35,354 nucleotides of DNA from a virus (Duplodnaviria > Caudoviricetes). The notes under the pieces were generated by a model. The model ran no database searches. It was not told the origin of the DNA and saw nothing but the letters and a program-made list of their open reading frames with translations. The translations under genes and the position numbers were made by a program. Below are positions 33,545 to 35,354 of the stretch, one piece after another (within the stretch, counting starts at the first letter, position 1; the number at the start of each line of letters is the position of its first letter). The stretch spans positions 1-35,354 of the IMG/VR virus record IMGVR_UViG_3300011335_000393; one strand, 5' to 3'.

Positions 33545-33685
33545 GTGCCTCTGGTTAAGTCGCCCAGCAAAGCCGCGTTTCGCAAGAACATCAAGGCTGA
33601 AGTAAACGCCGGAAAACCTGTCAAACAGGCGGTCGCAATCGCGTACAGCGTAAAGCGTGAATCCGCTAAAAAAGGTAAAAAGTAA
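33545..33685 (+). CDS. Small basic 46-aa protein (not in ORF track)
   Basis: GTG start; MPLVKSPSKAAFRKNIKAEVNAGKPVKQAVAIAYSVKRESAKKGKK. Confidence 0.78.
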   Translation: MPLVKSPSKAAFRKNIKAEVNAGKPVKQAVAIAYSVKRESAKKGKK

Positions 33686-33690
33686 CCACA

Positions 33691-35354
33691 ATGGCTGATC
33701 CGACAGGTATTAACAAAGTAGGCGACGTAGCTGACATCGGTAGCGATCCAGCAAACACGCGTGGCGACCCTGATGTAATGGCAACTATGCGCCATCGTAT
33801 GCAGATGGGTATGGCGGCGCTGTCGGACAGCCGTGAAGATGAACTAGACGATCTACGGTTTATGGCCGGCAGCCCTTACAACCAGTGGCAGTGGCCAGCC
33901 GACGTACTGGCGACCCGCGGCGCGGTGCAAGGTCAGACAATCAACGCACGACCATGCCTCACAATTAACAAATTGCCGCAGCACGTCCGTCAGGTGACGA
34001 ACGAACAGCGCCAGAACCGCCCTGCGGGTAAAGTAATACCTGTTGATGACAATGCTGACATTGAAGTGGCAGCGATCTTTGACGGCGTCGTGCGGCACAT
34101 CGAATATATGTCCGACGCTGATGTTGCTTACGACACAGCCTGCGACAATCAGGTAACGTATGGTGAAGGTTACATTCGTCTAATTACAGAGTATTGCAAC
34201 GAAGAAACCTTCGACCAAGACGTTCGCATCATGCGCGTCCGCAACTCGTTTAGCGTTTACATGGATCCAACGATCCAAGACCCATGCGGTTCCGACGCTG
34301 AATGGTGCTTTGTCACACAAGACATGACAAAAGACGAGTATGAGCGCGAATTTCCAGACGCGTCGCCTATTTCGTCGATCATGTCTACCGCTGTTGGCGA
34401 TGAAAGCCTGTCGGCATGGCTTGACGAAGACACTGTCCGCATTGCGGAGTATTTTTACTACAAACGCAAGCGTGAAACGCTGAATTTGTACCCCGATAAC
34501 GTATCTGCGTTCAAAAACACCGACATGGATAAGCAACTGCGCGCTATGTACGGCAAGCCTGTCCGCACCCGCGAAGTAGACCGCAAAAAAGTCATGTGGA
34601 TGAAGACCAATGGCTATGATGTGCTGGATGAACGCGAGTGGCCGGGTAGTTGGATACCTGTCGTGCGCGTCGTAGGCAACGAATTTGAAGTGCAAGGTCA
34701 GATTTACGTATCTGGTCTGGTGCGGAACGCAAAAGACGCGCAGCGTATGTACAACTACTGGACCAGCCAAGAGGCAGAAATGCTTGCGCTGGCGCCAAAA
34801 GCACCATTTATTGCGTATGGCGGCCAATTTGAAGGCTACGAGAACCAGTGGAAGACTGCCAACACAACCAACTGGCCGTATTTGGAAGTCAATCCAGACG
34901 TCACAGACGGTGCTGGGAACGTATTACCGCTTCCGCAGCGTGCAGCACCCCCGCTGCCGCAAACAGGTCTGATACAGGCTAAAATGGGCGCTGGCGAGGA
35001 CATCAAGTCCACCACCGGCCAGTATGACGCATCTTTGGGCGCGCAAGGCAACGAACGGTCTGCAAAAGCCATCACCGCACGCGAAAAGCAGGGCGATGTT
35101 GGCACGTATCACTATGTAGATAACCTAGCCCGTGCGATCCGTCACATTACCCGCCAGCTTGTCGATATTATCCCCAAGATTTACGACACACAGCGCATTG
35201 CGCGCATCATTGGCGTTGATGGTGAAGTCAGCATGGTCAAAATGGACCCTATGCAGCAAGAGCCTGTCAAGGAAATTCGTGACCAAAATGGCGGTCTGAT
35301 TGAAAAAATATACAATCCGTCAATCGGCACATACGACGTTATGGTCACTACTGG
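33691..35354 (+). CDS. P22-like portal protein, N-terminal part (runs off the end, continues at 1)
   Basis: ATG 33691, no stop seen to the window end; DDLRFMAG..QW, RPCLTINKL..V..V.NEQRQNRP, GLVRNAKDAQRMYNYW. Confidence 0.93.
   Translation, partial: MADPTGINKVGDVADIGSDPANTRGDPDVMATMRHRMQMGMAALSDSREDELDDLRFMAGSPYNQWQWPADVLATRGAVQGQTINARPCLTINKLPQHVRQVTNEQRQNRPAGKVIPVDDNADIEVAAIFDGVVRHIEYMSDADVAYDTACDNQVTYGEGYIRLITEYCNEETFDQDVRIMRVRNSFSVYMDPTIQDPCGSDAEWCFVTQDMTKDEYEREFPDASPISSIMSTAVGDESLSAWLDEDTVRIAEYFYYKRKRETLNLYPDNVSAFKNTDMDKQLRAMYGKPVRTREVDRKKVMWMKTNGYDVLDEREWPGSWIPVVRVVGNEFEVQGQIYVSGLVRNAKDAQRMYNYWTSQEAEMLALAPKAPFIAYGGQFEGYENQWKTANTTNWPYLEVNPDVTDGAGNVLPLPQRAAPPLPQTGLIQAKMGAGEDIKSTTGQYDASLGAQGNERSAKAITAREKQGDVGTYHYVDNLARAIRHITRQLVDIIPKIYDTQRIARIIGVDGEVSMVKMDPMQQEPVKEIRDQNGGLIEKIYNPSIGTYDVMVTT
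35170..35354. repeat. Terminal direct repeat, copy 2
   Basis: Matches 1-185 with 3 substitutions (35296, 35301, 35316). Confidence 0.97.

Noticed and set aside
33114-35112. Minus-strand ORFs of 132-215 aa over the basic-protein cluster and portal
   Set aside because: Shadows of well-supported plus-strand genes; the ORF track missed the portal only because it has no stop before the window end.
35170-35354. T7-like physical direct terminal repeat
   Set aside because: Falls mid-portal and the copies differ by three synonymous SNPs; better explained as assembly overlap of a circularly permuted genome.

Overview
This window is an essentially complete, circularly permuted ~35.17-kb P22-like podovirus genome. 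The last 185 nt (35170-35354) repeat the first 185 nt, with the break inside the portal gene. The rightward late region encodes TerS, TerL, four small basic proteins, portal, a Dps/ferritin-like protein, tailspike, scaffold, coat, decoration-like proteins, gp4/gp10-like tail proteins, a long repeat-rich fibre, three ejection proteins, a holin/endolysin/spanin cassette and an HTH-metallophosphoesterase. A divergent replication block has HNH-AP2, VRR-NUC and an SNF2 helicase leftward, and a DUF2800-like nuclease, SSB, family A polymerase and RepB-type primase-helicase rightward. A leftward operon of about 16 tiny genes and a ~720-bp non-coding origin/pac-like region follow. Spanins indicate a Gram-negative host. 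I found no integrase, CI-type repressor, partition gene, tRNA or CRISPR array. The main novel candidate is a ~63-nt small RNA (26864-26928) with its own near-consensus sigma70 promoter. Its two hairpin loops (AUGCUC, UCUCACUC) are complementary to a bipartite GAGYA-N6-GAGUGAG site at the translation starts of both polymerase and primase, and to ribosome-binding sites in the early operon. This suggests protein-free, anti-Shine-Dalgarno control of replication and early genes. All calls come from manual reading; no database searches were run.
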